DNA of 64,000 bases from Desulfatiglandales bacterium (GTDB taxonomy: Bacteria; Desulfobacterota; DSM-4660; Desulfatiglandales; Desulfatiglandaceae), in assembly GCA_963662465.1 (NCBI GenBank), contig OY759599.1, positions 4,928,001 to 4,992,000 on the forward strand, written 5' to 3'. This document shows positions 31,720 to 42,320 of this stretch, piece after piece (positions within the stretch are counted from its first letter, which is position 1; each line of letters starts with the position of its first letter). The translations under genes were made by a program, and so were the position numbers. Below the pieces are notes generated by a model that was given only the letters and a program-made list of their open reading frames with translations, was not told the DNA's origin and ran no database searches.

Positions 31720-32313
31720 TTACCCGTAGGTGAACCCTTCAGGCAAATCTTCCGCGGGAACGCCTTCCTTCACCCAGGACAAATCCGTGATGGTGTAGGT
31801 AGGGTTCACGGTCCTGAAAATGGGAACGACCTTCATGCCGATTTTTGGCTCTCCAATGGACAGATAACTCATCAGAATGGTGCTGACGCCGTCAAATTCC
31901 ACATTGATGAACTTGATGGGTTTGTCCAGGGTATTGAACGCGCCCGACCGTTCACAAACCATGAAGGTATGGATTTTTGCGGTGTTCTTGCAAACATCGG
32001 TGAAGTCTACGATGGTATTTCGGGTCAGACAGTCCGGACAGTGGATGCGAAAGGGGATATAGGTGGTTCCTTTGAATTCACAGTCCGGATCATCGCACCG
32101 GGTGCCCAGTAGTTTCCCCTGGGAAAGGTTTTCAAAAAACGGCGCTTCCCCACCGTAGCTGTGGATGTAAATCATTTCCCTGGGATTGGTGACACCCATG
32201 AGTTTCCACCCGTCCTCTTCGTTTCGAATGGGCGTGTTGGGGGTGATGTGGTGGAAGTCCCCTTTAATTTTATATTGTCCGTTTTTGACCTTTACGGTTC
32301 CAAATATGCTCAT
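31720..32313 (-). CDS. DUF35-type Zn-ribbon/OB-fold protein (thiolase partner)
   Basis: FFENLSQGKLLGTRCDDPDC...CPDC then OB-fold; directly downstream of thiolase. Confidence 0.85.
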   Translation of the reverse strand: MSIFGTVKVKNGQYKIKGDFHHITPNTPIRNEEDGWKLMGVTNPREMIYIHSYGGEAPFFENLSQGKLLGTRCDDPDCEFKGTTYIPFRIHCPDCLTRNTIVDFTDVCKNTAKIHTFMVCERSGAFNTLDKPIKFINVEFDGVSTILMSYLSIGEPKIGMKVVPIFRTVNPTYTITDLSWVKEGVPAEDLPEGFTYG

Positions 32314-32325
32314 TTTGTCCTCCCT

Positions 32326-33762
32326 CTAGGCGTCTTCTTTCAACAGATGGTCGGGGTCCATTAAAATGGTGGCTGTTACATGGCTTCCCACACCAGCGTG
32401 GCTAATGGCCAGTGCCCGTTTGGCGTCTTTCACCTGCAGGTCGGTCCAGTCGTCGGGTTTTTCTCGTCCGAATTCTTCCCATATTTTCACATCCCCATGG
32501 ATCTCCCCCCACCGGTTCCATAAATGGGAAGCAACTTCAAATACTTGCATGATGCCCGTGGCGCCCACGGCATGCATGCACCCGATGAGTCCACCCGAAA
32601 GGTTGCTCGGCAGTTTGCCGGGTTTCCCCGTGTGAGGGTTGGTATGGTAGCAGTCGCCTGATTCCACGTAGTCGCGGCCATATCCGTAAGGCCGGAGTCC
32701 CACATCTTCATAGGACTGCACATCACTGATGGTAAAAGCGTCATGAAGTTCGATAACGTCTAAATCTTCCATGGGGTCCACGATGCCGGTCATGCGATAC
32801 CCGTAATAGGCACTCATCCTCGCGCCCAGGAACCCGGTGAAACCGGGATAACGATCTCCGCCGGGGAATCTTTCTCCCAAATCGGCGTACTGATCCGCCG
32901 TCTCATTCGGCAGCAGGGGAATATCCATGTCGCGGCGACAGGCCGGCCTGAGGGTATGGCTTCCTGCCGTTACCCAGATTCTGAGGGGCTTGTTCTTTGT
33001 GTTTTTCGTCAATTCCATGGCGGTGTCTTCATCGCAGATGATGGCGCAGGCAGCGCCGACACTCATGAGACAACAATCCAAAGCACGCAGGGGATATGCG
33101 ACAACGGGCGAGTTGAGGACATCATCCACGGTAATCTTCATAGGTGCCTGGGCATAGGGATTGAAGCGGGCATAACCGTGGTGTTTAACGGCAATTTCAG
33201 CCAAGGTTCGGCGGAAAGATTCTTCTTCCTTGCCGAATACCTGCCAGTATTTCTGTGCCATGACCGCATAATAGCCGGTGTAAATGTGGCCCAGGGGTGT
33301 TTCCCAGTCCTTGTCCGCCGCGCATGAAATCAGGTGATTGCCTTCATCGGTGGGGACTTCATCCATGCGTTCCCAGCCCATGGCCAGGGTGCAATCCGAG
33401 TAGCCGGAGGCCACCGCCTTGGCTGCTTCCCAGAGGGTAGACCCACCCGTGGCGCCGCCGGTTTTCACCCCGATATTGCCCAAGGGGTCCAGACCCAGAC
33501 GATCATGAATCACGGCCTCTCCCAGAAGCTGGTCTCCGAAATGATCCGCAAAATGTCCATAGTAGCAGGAGTGAATATAGCTTTTAAGCTCTGCGGGGCT
33601 TTTGTCAATGAGCCGTGCCGCCATGGCCAGGGCATCAATGCAGAGTTCCTCCGTCCTTTTATCCGGCATGGCGCGGTCAAATTTTGACTGACCTGCCGTT
33701 ACCAGATAAACCGGACGCATGAGTTTGGGGGTTTTAAGTTGTCGATCACTAAATTTAATCAT
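32326..33762 (-). CDS. SCP2-type thiolase-family protein lacking the canonical nucleophilic Cys
   Basis: KTGGATGG at the usual xxCxSG position, NPYAQ, IELHDAF, NLSGGLIGCMHAVGATG. Confidence 0.85.
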   Translation of the reverse strand: MIKFSDRQLKTPKLMRPVYLVTAGQSKFDRAMPDKRTEELCIDALAMAARLIDKSPAELKSYIHSCYYGHFADHFGDQLLGEAVIHDRLGLDPLGNIGVKTGGATGGSTLWEAAKAVASGYSDCTLAMGWERMDEVPTDEGNHLISCAADKDWETPLGHIYTGYYAVMAQKYWQVFGKEEESFRRTLAEIAVKHHGYARFNPYAQAPMKITVDDVLNSPVVAYPLRALDCCLMSVGAACAIICDEDTAMELTKNTKNKPLRIWVTAGSHTLRPACRRDMDIPLLPNETADQYADLGERFPGGDRYPGFTGFLGARMSAYYGYRMTGIVDPMEDLDVIELHDAFTISDVQSYEDVGLRPYGYGRDYVESGDCYHTNPHTGKPGKLPSNLSGGLIGCMHAVGATGIMQVFEVASHLWNRWGEIHGDVKIWEEFGREKPDDWTDLQVKDAKRALAISHAGVGSHVTATILMDPDHLLKEDA

Positions 33763-33832
33763 GCCCTACCCTCCCTTTTTACAGGTTGTCAGTTTGGCCT
33801 CGCATTTTCGAAGCCTGTATTCATGGCCTGGA

Positions 33833-34375
33833 TCAGAGCGTTCCGATCCAAAGCGCAATGGCTTGTTTTTTATTGCGGTTCACGATTTTTTGTTTTTCCT
33901 TGTCCGACCAGTAATGGATGATGTCTCCCTCAAACAACGTAACCGTTTCATCGCTGCGCACCAGCTCCAATGATCCTTTGAGAATACAGAGCAGCTCCTG
34001 ACCGTTATTGATCTCTTCTCTGACCGGAATGGATTTGTTGGGCATCAAAACGAGGATGGCGCTATCGATGACAGTTCTGTTTTCGGGTGGAAAAAATCGT
34101 CGGGTGATAAATCCGGTATGGGGCAGATCCACATCGTCCCATTCCTGCTTTCGGATAACAGCCAGGCGTTCCTGTTCTTTCATCTGATTCAAAATATCCC
34201 CGGCATTGACCCCAATGGCATTGCAGATTTTCATGAGGGTGTCCACGGAGGGGGATTTGACATTGTTTTCCACCTGGCTCATAAATCCTTCGGAAATGCC
34301 CGATTTTTCCGCTATGGCCTTCAGGGTTAGCTTTCTGTCTTTTCGGTGTCTTCGAATCAGGGGGCCGAGATTCAT
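33833..34375 (-). CDS. XRE-family HTH regulator with cupin domain
   Basis: LTLKAIAEKSGISEGFMSQVENNVKSPS; cupin GQELLCILKG. Confidence 0.88.
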   Translation of the reverse strand: MNLGPLIRRHRKDRKLTLKAIAEKSGISEGFMSQVENNVKSPSVDTLMKICNAIGVNAGDILNQMKEQERLAVIRKQEWDDVDLPHTGFITRRFFPPENRTVIDSAILVLMPNKSIPVREEINNGQELLCILKGSLELVRSDETVTLFEGDIIHYWSDKEKQKIVNRNKKQAIALWIGTL

Positions 34376-34616
34376 GATGAAAGCGCCTTCAATAAGAGTT
34401 GAAGAATTTCGCGTACAACATTTGCTATAGGTTAATTTTTCTTATAGATTAACATTTACCTTACTGTCAATATCTTTTTGCGTTTTCAAGTAATCTTTTT
34501 TTTCACTAAACGTAATCTGTTAGCATTTAAAGTAAAAAAGCATCTTCGCCACTTCATGGGATGACTCGAAAGTTGACCTGTGCTAAAACATTACCTATAA
34601 GATGAATCCTTTTTTG

Positions 34617-34646
34617 TTGACAGGTTTTGGCTCCTGTCTGTACATT
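34617..34646 (+). promoter_or_regulatory. Candidate sigma70 promoter for acyl-CoA dehydrogenase
   Basis: TTGACA-N18-TACATT. Confidence 0.5.
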
Positions 34647-34779
34647 GAAGAGCGATATCGTTAGCGGGAAGGAGTCCCTAACTATTACGATTCAGACTGA
34701 AGAGCAGTGTAAGGTGGAACATTTTGTCTCTGTTTTCTCATGAAACGGCGTTAAGCCAAAAGAAGATGAAGGAGAACAA

Positions 34780-35931
34780 ATGGATTTTAGTCTTTCGATG
34801 GAACAAGAGATTTTACGTAATTCGGTACGCGATTTTGCCGAAAATGAGATTAAACCTGTTGCCGGAGAATTAGATGAAAAAGAGACGTTTTCCTATGAAA
34901 CCATGAAGAAAATGGCGGAACTGGGACTTTTTGGGATGTTCGTCTCGGAAAAGTACGGTGGCCAGGGAATGGATTATGTCTCCTACATTATCGCCACCGA
35001 AGAGATCGCACGCATCGATGGTTCCCATGCCGCCACCGTAGCCGCCGGCAATTCCCTGGGAATCGGCCCCCTTTACTATTTTGGAAATGAAGAACAGAAA
35101 CATCGGTATCTTCCCAAACTGTGCAGTGGCGAGGCCCTTTGGGGGTTTGGCCTGACAGAACCGGATGCCGGATCGGATGCCGCCAATTCCAAAACAACCG
35201 CTGTTTTGGATGGAGACGAATGGGTCATTAACGGCAGCAAAATCTTTATCACCAATGCCTCCACCGATATTACATCAGGCGTCACCGCCCTCTGCCGAAC
35301 GGGCACGCGTAAAGATGGCCGGCCCGAGCTTAGCTGCATTCTCATTGAAGCAGGCGCCCCCGGGTTTGAAGCACGGGAAATGCATGGCAAACTCATGTGG
35401 CGCGCCTCCAACACCAGCGAGCTCTATTTTGACGACTGCCGGGTGCCCAAAGAGAACATGCTGGGTCCCAGGGGCGACGGTTTCCATCAAATGATGCAGA
35501 CCCTGGACGGCGGTCGGTTGTCCATCGGCGCCATGGGACTGGGTGGGGCACAGGGGTGCTTCGACCTGGCCCTGAAATACAGTAAGGAGCGGTCCCAGTT
35601 TGGAAAACCCATCTCCAATTTTCAGGTAAATGCGTTTAAATTGGCGGATATGGCACTGGAAATTGAATGCGCTCGGCTAATTCTCTATAAGGCCTGCTGG
35701 CTCAGGGACCAACAAAAATCTTTTTCCAAGGAAGCGGCCATGGCCAAGCTTCACTGTTCCGAAGTGATGTACCGATGCGCCAACCATGCCGTCCAGCTCC
35801 ATGGGGGATACGGGCTCATGAAGGAATACGACGTGGAGCGCTTCTACCGGGACCAGAAGCTTCTGGAGATCGGAGAAGGCACTTCGGAAGTGCAACGGAT
35901 TGTCATTTCAAGACTCATAGGCGCACTTTAA
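34780..35931 (+). CDS. Acyl-CoA dehydrogenase
   Basis: FGLTEPDAGSD, NGSKIFITN, GGYGLMKEYDVERFYRD, EIGEGTSEVQR. Confidence 0.95.
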   Translation: MDFSLSMEQEILRNSVRDFAENEIKPVAGELDEKETFSYETMKKMAELGLFGMFVSEKYGGQGMDYVSYIIATEEIARIDGSHAATVAAGNSLGIGPLYYFGNEEQKHRYLPKLCSGEALWGFGLTEPDAGSDAANSKTTAVLDGDEWVINGSKIFITNASTDITSGVTALCRTGTRKDGRPELSCILIEAGAPGFEAREMHGKLMWRASNTSELYFDDCRVPKENMLGPRGDGFHQMMQTLDGGRLSIGAMGLGGAQGCFDLALKYSKERSQFGKPISNFQVNAFKLADMALEIECARLILYKACWLRDQQKSFSKEAAMAKLHCSEVMYRCANHAVQLHGGYGLMKEYDVERFYRDQKLLEIGEGTSEVQRIVISRLIGAL

Positions 35932-35968
35932 ACCCTTAAACCAAGAAAGACGAACGAAACACAACCTC

Positions 35969-37789
35969 ATGTTAGATTATATTCTGGGCAAAGAGATTGC
36001 CGCCTATGTAAAACGCCACCGGGGCATGGTCGTCTGTGCTCTGGCGCTTATGATCGTAGCCTCCCTTTTTCAGGTGGTACCGGTTTATCTGCTTCAGCCT
36101 TTTGTGGACGAAGGAATGAAAACAGGGGCAGCCCCCGTGGCCTGGAAGATCCCATGGTTTGCCTTTGACGGCGATTCATTGTTTTCCATCACGCGAACTG
36201 ATGTGACAGTGGTCAAAGACATCTCACCCAACCGGCTTCTGGTCCTGTTGACCCTGGTGGCGTTTATATCGATTTTCATCAAATCCATTGCCACGTACCT
36301 GGCCGGCCTGGCAGCAGCCTCTTTTTCCAATAAGGCCGTAAAATCCGTGAGAATCGACCTGTTTGACAAATTTATTGCCCTTCCCCAAGGATTCCATCAC
36401 AAAACAAAAGCAGGTGAACTCATTGCCCGGTCCACGGCGGATTTGTCCGTATTGCAGAGCCTGATTTCAGAAATTCTTCTGGGACTTATCGAATATCCCC
36501 TGACCGCGCTGGTTTTTCTGATGTACCTGTTTGTCATGAACCTCAAGATGACCCTGCTGGTGTTTTTTATGGTTCCCTTAATCGCCCTTCTGATCCGGTT
36601 GTTCGGCCGAAAGGTGAAGAAAAACTCTACGCTGGTTCAAACCGCCACCGCCGATGTGACCTCCACCTACCATGAAACCCTTCTCTGCCTTAAATTGGTA
36701 CAGGGATTTTTCATGGGAAAACGGGAGTCTGAGCGTTTCAGCGGCCTGGCGGAAAACCTCTATCAAAAAATTATGCGGTGGAACCGATGGCACCTGGGGC
36801 TGGGGCCTTTGATGGATACGGTGGTCTTTCTGGTGATGCCCGCGATTCTAATCGTTGGAAAGGTCTATTTTCATCATACCCTGGGGGAACTGCTGGCCAT
36901 GGCCTATGCCTTTTCCCGGGTATACCGGCCCATCAAGCGACTGGCCCTGGTCAACAACCACATCAAGACCCTTCAGGGCGCCACGGACCGGGTTTTCCAA
37001 ATCATGGAAACCGTCCCGGATATCCGGGACAAGGCAAACGCAAAGGCGCTTTCCCGGAAAAAGGGCACCATTGAATTTGATCACGTAAATTTCGCCTACG
37101 CCCCCACCGAACCGGTACTCAGGGATGTTTCCTTTAAACTGAAGGAAGGAGAGATGGCGGCATTTGTGGGGTCCACCGGGGCGGGAAAAAGCACCCTGCT
37201 GGATCTGATCCCCCGGTTCTACGATGTCACGGGCGGCGCGATTTTGATTGATGGAAACGATGTGCGTGACGTGACGTTGAAATCCCTTCGGAGACGCATC
37301 GGGATTGTGAACCAGGATATTTTGCTTTTTAATGAAACCATTTCCTATAACATCAGCTACGGAGATCCAGGGAAAAGCGCCCAGGAGATCGAGGCCGCAG
37401 CAAAAGCGGCTTACGCCCATGACTTCATCATGGCCCAACCCAAGGGCTATGATACCACCGTGGGGGATATGGGGAGCCTGTTGTCCGGAGGGCAGCGGCA
37501 ACGCATTGCCATTGCCAGGGCCATTCTGGTGGAGCCCGCCATTCTGATGCTGGACGAGGCGGCATCGGCCCTGGATGCCGAGAGTGAGGGGCACGTTCAA
37601 CGCGCCATTGAAGGGCTCAAGGGGTCGCGAACCATCCTAACTGTGGCCCACAGGCTCAGCACCATTCGAAAAGCAGACTGTATCTTTGTGCTGGAAGCGG
37701 GCCGGATCGTAGAATCCGGAACCCTTTCGGAGCTGTTACAGCTGAACGGACGATTCAAACAGCTCCATGATATGCAATTCAAGGTGTAG
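35969..37789 (+). CDS. MsbA-like ABC exporter (TMD + NBD)
   Basis: GSTGAGKST, LSGGQRQR, ILMLDEA, AHRLST. Confidence 0.9.
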   Translation: MLDYILGKEIAAYVKRHRGMVVCALALMIVASLFQVVPVYLLQPFVDEGMKTGAAPVAWKIPWFAFDGDSLFSITRTDVTVVKDISPNRLLVLLTLVAFISIFIKSIATYLAGLAAASFSNKAVKSVRIDLFDKFIALPQGFHHKTKAGELIARSTADLSVLQSLISEILLGLIEYPLTALVFLMYLFVMNLKMTLLVFFMVPLIALLIRLFGRKVKKNSTLVQTATADVTSTYHETLLCLKLVQGFFMGKRESERFSGLAENLYQKIMRWNRWHLGLGPLMDTVVFLVMPAILIVGKVYFHHTLGELLAMAYAFSRVYRPIKRLALVNNHIKTLQGATDRVFQIMETVPDIRDKANAKALSRKKGTIEFDHVNFAYAPTEPVLRDVSFKLKEGEMAAFVGSTGAGKSTLLDLIPRFYDVTGGAILIDGNDVRDVTLKSLRRRIGIVNQDILLFNETISYNISYGDPGKSAQEIEAAAKAAYAHDFIMAQPKGYDTTVGDMGSLLSGGQRQRIAIARAILVEPAILMLDEAASALDAESEGHVQRAIEGLKGSRTILTVAHRLSTIRKADCIFVLEAGRIVESGTLSELLQLNGRFKQLHDMQFKV

Positions 37790-37874
37790 AAAAAAACGCC
37801 CGACCTGCAGTCACGCCATTTCGGCGTCATATCCTACCTAAACTGAACCACTACCCAACCGGGTACTTTTTCGC

Positions 37875-38129
37875 TTACAATTTCCCCCTGACATATTCAG
37901 CAATCCGGTTAATGGTGGTGAGCTTCGTGTAATCGTCTTCATCGATCCTGATGCCGTATTCATCCTGCAACACGAGTGCCACCGTGGCCAAGTCCATGCT
38001 GTCAATGCCCACCTCATCCACCAGATCAATTTCAGGATCAAATGTTTCGGGGGTCACATCCTCAAGTTTCAGTTCTTCGATCATAATTTTCGCAATATGG
38101 ACGGCGATGTCCTTTAAACCATTTTTCAC
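37875..38129 (-). CDS. Acyl carrier protein
   Basis: GIDSMD phosphopantetheine motif, acidic 84 aa. Confidence 0.9.
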   Translation of the reverse strand: MKNGLKDIAVHIAKIMIEELKLEDVTPETFDPEIDLVDEVGIDSMDLATVALVLQDEYGIRIDEDDYTKLTTINRIAEYVRGKL

Positions 38130-38154
38130 CTTATTCTTCCTCCTTCACGGGGTC

Positions 38155-38517
38155 TCAGCCCAAATCTTTCACCAAAAGCACGCCATTGCATGCCAGTTCA
38201 TCTTCAACCAGGATCCGAAAGGCGTAAGCCCCTTCCTTCGATTTCCGGGATGTCGCAATGATTTGCAACTTTTGTTTGGGTCTTATTATTTTTTTAAACC
38301 GCACCTTCTTGAATCCTGCAACCGTAAGATTTTGTTTGCCGCACATTTTGATTACATCAAAGGCCATTTCCAGTTGTGCGATCGCAGGGAGTATGGGATC
38401 TTCGGGAAAATGGCCGTCAAACCAGGGGGAATCTGGCAATACCTCAGCATTCAAGATCATTTGATCTGAACCGGAACATGCCAGGTCCAAGATGGAATAC
38501 CATTTCATTGCGCTCAC
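38155..38517 (-). CDS. Hot-dog fold dehydratase (FabZ/ApeI-like)
   Basis: SPWFDGHFPEDPILPAIAQ, KVRFKKIIRP. Confidence 0.85.
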   Translation of the reverse strand: MSAMKWYSILDLACSGSDQMILNAEVLPDSPWFDGHFPEDPILPAIAQLEMAFDVIKMCGKQNLTVAGFKKVRFKKIIRPKQKLQIIATSRKSKEGAYAFRILVEDELACNGVLLVKDLG

Positions 38518-38533
38518 CCTTATCAGCCCCTCG

Positions 38534-39883
38534 TTAACGAATTAAATGCTCCCACAGGGGACCCGAGTGTCCCCTCTCATACAGCCGGGCCACAATGCCT
38601 GCCGTGTTGTCGCCGCCGGAACCCACCACCCAATTGGGGCGTTTCCGGGCGTGCGCCTCAAACCGCTGAAGGATTTCTTCCCGGCGAATCTTTTTGGACG
38701 CGTAGAAGCAGGGCTCAAGAAGATTTTGGGAGGCGGATATTTGTTCTTCCGCTACAGCCATGTCATAAAGATCCGTATGCGGATAAATCCGCAAGGCGGG
38801 GAAAAAAAAGAAAACACCGCGGGTTAATTTTTCAATATTGTTAAGGGTTTCATCCACGGAATCCCCATCTTCACCCGGGCCTCCCAGCAGAAAAAAATGT
38901 GAAACGTATAATCCGCTGGCAATGGCAGCCTTGTGCGCACGAAAAACATGCGCTGTCCGAAACGGTTTTTCGTAGGATTTGAGCATGGGATCACATAAGG
39001 ACTCCGTGCCGAATTCCGCATGGGTTAAACCTGCTCGCGCCATGAGTTCAAAGTATCCGCCAGGCGGATTCACAGGCGCAAAAAAAGCACCCCAGGGAAT
39101 CTTGACGCCGGCGTCAATAAATGCTTCCGCCACCGCCATACTGTGGGCCGTATGGGAATTGAATACGGAATCCGTTACAAAAAAGTATTTCGCCCCGGCC
39201 CTCTGGAGGCGCAAGGCGTCTTCCGCCGCCGCTTCAGGGGGGAGCAACCGCAGCCTTCTTCCCTCAATATGGGGATAGGTGCAGTAGATGCACCTGAAGG
39301 GACACCCTCGCTTGGTCTGAAGGTTCAGCATCCCCCCGTTTTTGAGATAATATTGCAGGTGCAGGCTGTCGGGCAGATGGTTTCTGCCCCATGAACCAGC
39401 TAACGGCGGGGGGATGGTTTTTGGTCCGGTTTGGGTCACAACGCCGGGGATGTCGTTTATTGGCTCATTTTTTTCCATGGCTCCCAGCAAATCGGCCAGT
39501 CGCTCTCCTTCGCCCACAATACCATATTCCGCCCCGAGAGCCGCCATCATCTCTTCCGGAAAGAGGGTAAAACCACTGCCCCCCAAAACCAGGGGGCCTT
39601 GGGTGTGTGTTCGGATGGCATTTGCAACGCTTCGGTATTCCGCCACAAAACTGCGTTGATCCGTTTGATCCGTGTTATCGATGTTTCTTAAAGACATGCC
39701 CATGATATCCGGGACAAAGGAATCGATCATCCGGATCAATGAATCAATACCCCCCAGCGCATTCACATCCGCAATCCGCACCTCATGATGGGACGAAATG
39801 GCATCCGCCACATGGTCGAGGCCCAAAGGGTATACCGGATAGGGTGTGGTCAGCGTATTGGCTGAAATCAGCAGGACCTTCAT
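38534..39883 (-). CDS. Lipid-biosynthesis-type B12-binding radical SAM protein
   Basis: PYPVYPLGL, SLRNIDN, TKRGCPFRCIYCTYP; embedded in FAS-II cluster. Confidence 0.85.
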   Translation of the reverse strand: MKVLLISANTLTTPYPVYPLGLDHVADAISSHHEVRIADVNALGGIDSLIRMIDSFVPDIMGMSLRNIDNTDQTDQRSFVAEYRSVANAIRTHTQGPLVLGGSGFTLFPEEMMAALGAEYGIVGEGERLADLLGAMEKNEPINDIPGVVTQTGPKTIPPPLAGSWGRNHLPDSLHLQYYLKNGGMLNLQTKRGCPFRCIYCTYPHIEGRRLRLLPPEAAAEDALRLQRAGAKYFFVTDSVFNSHTAHSMAVAEAFIDAGVKIPWGAFFAPVNPPGGYFELMARAGLTHAEFGTESLCDPMLKSYEKPFRTAHVFRAHKAAIASGLYVSHFFLLGGPGEDGDSVDETLNNIEKLTRGVFFFFPALRIYPHTDLYDMAVAEEQISASQNLLEPCFYASKKIRREEILQRFEAHARKRPNWVVGSGGDNTAGIVARLYERGHSGPLWEHLIR

Positions 39884-42057
39884 GGTGACTCTTCCGGGGG
39901 ATAAACACCAACAGCAGTGACAAAGGAACCCAGACCCAACAAAAGAATCCCTTTCCCATTCAGGTGTATCGGGATCTCACCTGTTTTCACCAATGCCACC
40001 GCAAGGACCGCCGCCACGGCCGAGGCCGAAGCGAATTGGCCTACCAATCGTCTGTAATCAATGGTGGGTCCGTTAAAACCGGTCTCCTGGATAAACAAGT
40101 GAAGCTGTTTGAGGCTTTCCAAATAAATTCCGGCGGGCAAACCCGCCAAAACAGCTCCGAAGTTTTGCTTTATGGTTTCAGGTCCTCCCAAACGCTCAAT
40201 CAGCAATGCCATGACATTCGGATTTCCGTTTGTATTTTCATAGAACAGCGGCGCCAACTTCGGACCTGAACATGTTCTTCCGCACTGCAGAAGCAAGGCG
40301 CCACCCCCATCGGAAGGGACCTCCGTCCGTGCCGCAAAAGGATCAAACAGCCGGGACAATACCGGATGGAATTCATCGGCCCCCATCACCAGAAACGGTT
40401 TATCCCCCTCCTTTGCCAAAAGATTCGCTGCCATTAATGCCTGTTCGAAAGAATAGTCTCCCCCGGTGGTGGTTATATTCGCCCCCCTGGCATTAAACCT
40501 TACGGCAATTTGACCAGCGGTGGCATTATGTACGGAACCGATAAAATCAGTGGGGCTGGAAAACCGTTCGCCCGTTTCATACAAATGACTCAAAAAATCG
40601 TGGGTTTCCGAAAGGGCGCCCCATCCCGTACCCAAAAAAACAGCCCCCGGTTTTGGGTCCGCGCAAGCATCCTCACAAGCGGCCACGGCCAGGGAAAGGC
40701 CCATTCGGGAAAGCCGTTTGAGACGCCGGACGGTTTTGGAAGAAAGGGAGCGGACCATCTCCTTTTCAGGAAGCAGTCCCTCACAGCTCAGGCCCTTCGA
40801 AAAATCCGTCAGCGTTTGGTTTTTATTCCCCGCCCCCGTTAAACAGGCGCTTCCCATTACCGCCAGGTGCAAGGGTAATTCCCGGGAGGGCGAACGTTGT
40901 GCCACCCTCGATCTTCCGATAATAATGCTTGCATTGCTGCCGCCAAAGCCGAAGGAGTTGGAGAGTACGGTTTTGATGGGCGTCTTTATTGATTTCCTCA
41001 CCGGGTTCACCCCTAATCGGGGGTCGGGCCTGTGGCACCCCACACCGGCGGGCGCAACGCCTTCTTCAATGCACTTGACGGCAATCACCGCCTCAACAGC
41101 CCCCGCCGCCGAGAGACTGTGGCCAAAGGTTCCCTTCACCGACGAAACAAGGGGCCCCTGTTGATCAAAGAGACGATTGAAGGCCTTGGCTTCCGACAGA
41201 TCATTGTCGATGGTGCCGGTGCCATGAAAGTTGACATAATCAATGTCCGATGGGGTCATTCCCGCGTCGGCCAGCGCCCCTTTCATGGCGCTCAGGGCAC
41301 CCCGGCCCTCGGGGTCCGGAGAGGCGGGATGATAGGCGTCGCACGTAAGACCCGCGCCCAAAACCTCAATGGCGTCGGGATCAATGATGTGATCTTCTCC
41401 CCAGATGTCCCATCCTTCGAGGAGCAGCATCCCGGCGCCCTCCGAAACGGTGAGTCCCCGCCGGTCCCGGTCCAGGGGGCGGGCCCCCTGGGGATCAATC
41501 AATTGCAGAGAATGAAAACCGAAATAGGTGAGGCGGCACAACGATTCAGCCCCCCCCGCAAGCACCCTTTTGACCCGGCCGCTTTTCAACAGGGCTGCGG
41601 CGATGGCGATGGCCGCGGCGCCCGATGAACAGGCCGTTGAAACCGTGATCACAGGCCCTTTGCAGTTCAGTTTCAGGGCGAGATACTCGGCGACTGACCC
41701 GGCGCCATGGTATGAAAACAGCAATGGATCCGACTGCTTCCCTTTCAACAATTTTTCGGTTCGACTCATCCCGCCCGTTGTGGTACCCATGACAATGGCG
41801 TCGGGCGGGCCATTACAACCGGCCATGGCTTCATTTGCCGCCATAAGCGCCACCCGGTGTGTTCTGGGAGGTCCCTCCGGGGAACCTAATCCACTGACTT
41901 CCCCTACGGGAAAAGAGAGATCCACTGCCGTGGGAAAGAGAGTGAACGTTCCAATACCGGTTTCATTCCTCTTCAATGCAGCCCAGTTTTGGGCCACACC
42001 GATGGCCACGGGCGTGATCAGCCCCATGCCGGCAACGATTACACGAATGTCTGTCAC
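39880..42057 (-). CDS. Beta-ketoacyl synthase fused to a non-catalytic KS/chain-length-factor-like domain
   Basis: TACSS, HGTGT, KGTFGHSL, SNSFGFGG; second half RRLKRLSR, SPTDFIGSVHN without catalytic motifs. Confidence 0.88.
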   Translation of the reverse strand: MTDIRVIVAGMGLITPVAIGVAQNWAALKRNETGIGTFTLFPTAVDLSFPVGEVSGLGSPEGPPRTHRVALMAANEAMAGCNGPPDAIVMGTTTGGMSRTEKLLKGKQSDPLLFSYHGAGSVAEYLALKLNCKGPVITVSTACSSGAAAIAIAAALLKSGRVKRVLAGGAESLCRLTYFGFHSLQLIDPQGARPLDRDRRGLTVSEGAGMLLLEGWDIWGEDHIIDPDAIEVLGAGLTCDAYHPASPDPEGRGALSAMKGALADAGMTPSDIDYVNFHGTGTIDNDLSEAKAFNRLFDQQGPLVSSVKGTFGHSLSAAGAVEAVIAVKCIEEGVAPAGVGCHRPDPRLGVNPVRKSIKTPIKTVLSNSFGFGGSNASIIIGRSRVAQRSPSRELPLHLAVMGSACLTGAGNKNQTLTDFSKGLSCEGLLPEKEMVRSLSSKTVRRLKRLSRMGLSLAVAACEDACADPKPGAVFLGTGWGALSETHDFLSHLYETGERFSSPTDFIGSVHNATAGQIAVRFNARGANITTTGGDYSFEQALMAANLLAKEGDKPFLVMGADEFHPVLSRLFDPFAARTEVPSDGGGALLLQCGRTCSGPKLAPLFYENTNGNPNVMALLIERLGGPETIKQNFGAVLAGLPAGIYLESLKQLHLFIQETGFNGPTIDYRRLVGQFASASAVAAVLAVALVKTGEIPIHLNGKGILLLGLGSFVTAVGVYPPEESP

Positions 42058-42320
42058 AAGGTTCCCGCCGGCGTATTTTCTCGAATATAGGCGGCAAGGG
42101 CTTTCAGGTTGGCGAAAACACGGGCCCCCAACTCTTTATTGTCTATTTTCAGGCCGTAATCCTTTTCAATCATGATGACCAGTTCCAACACATCGATGGA
42201 GTCCAACCCCAGATCTCCGCCCACCAGTTGGTCTTCTTCGCCGATATCTTCCGGCGACACTTCTTCGAGTCTCAGGGTGTCAATTATTTTAATCCGCAGT
42301 TCATCGATCAAGTTACGCAT
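42054..42320 (-). CDS. Acyl carrier protein
   Basis: LGLDSIDVLEL. Confidence 0.9.
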   Translation of the reverse strand: MRNLIDELRIKIIDTLRLEEVSPEDIGEEDQLVGGDLGLDSIDVLELVIMIEKDYGLKIDNKELGARVFANLKALAAYIRENTPAGTL

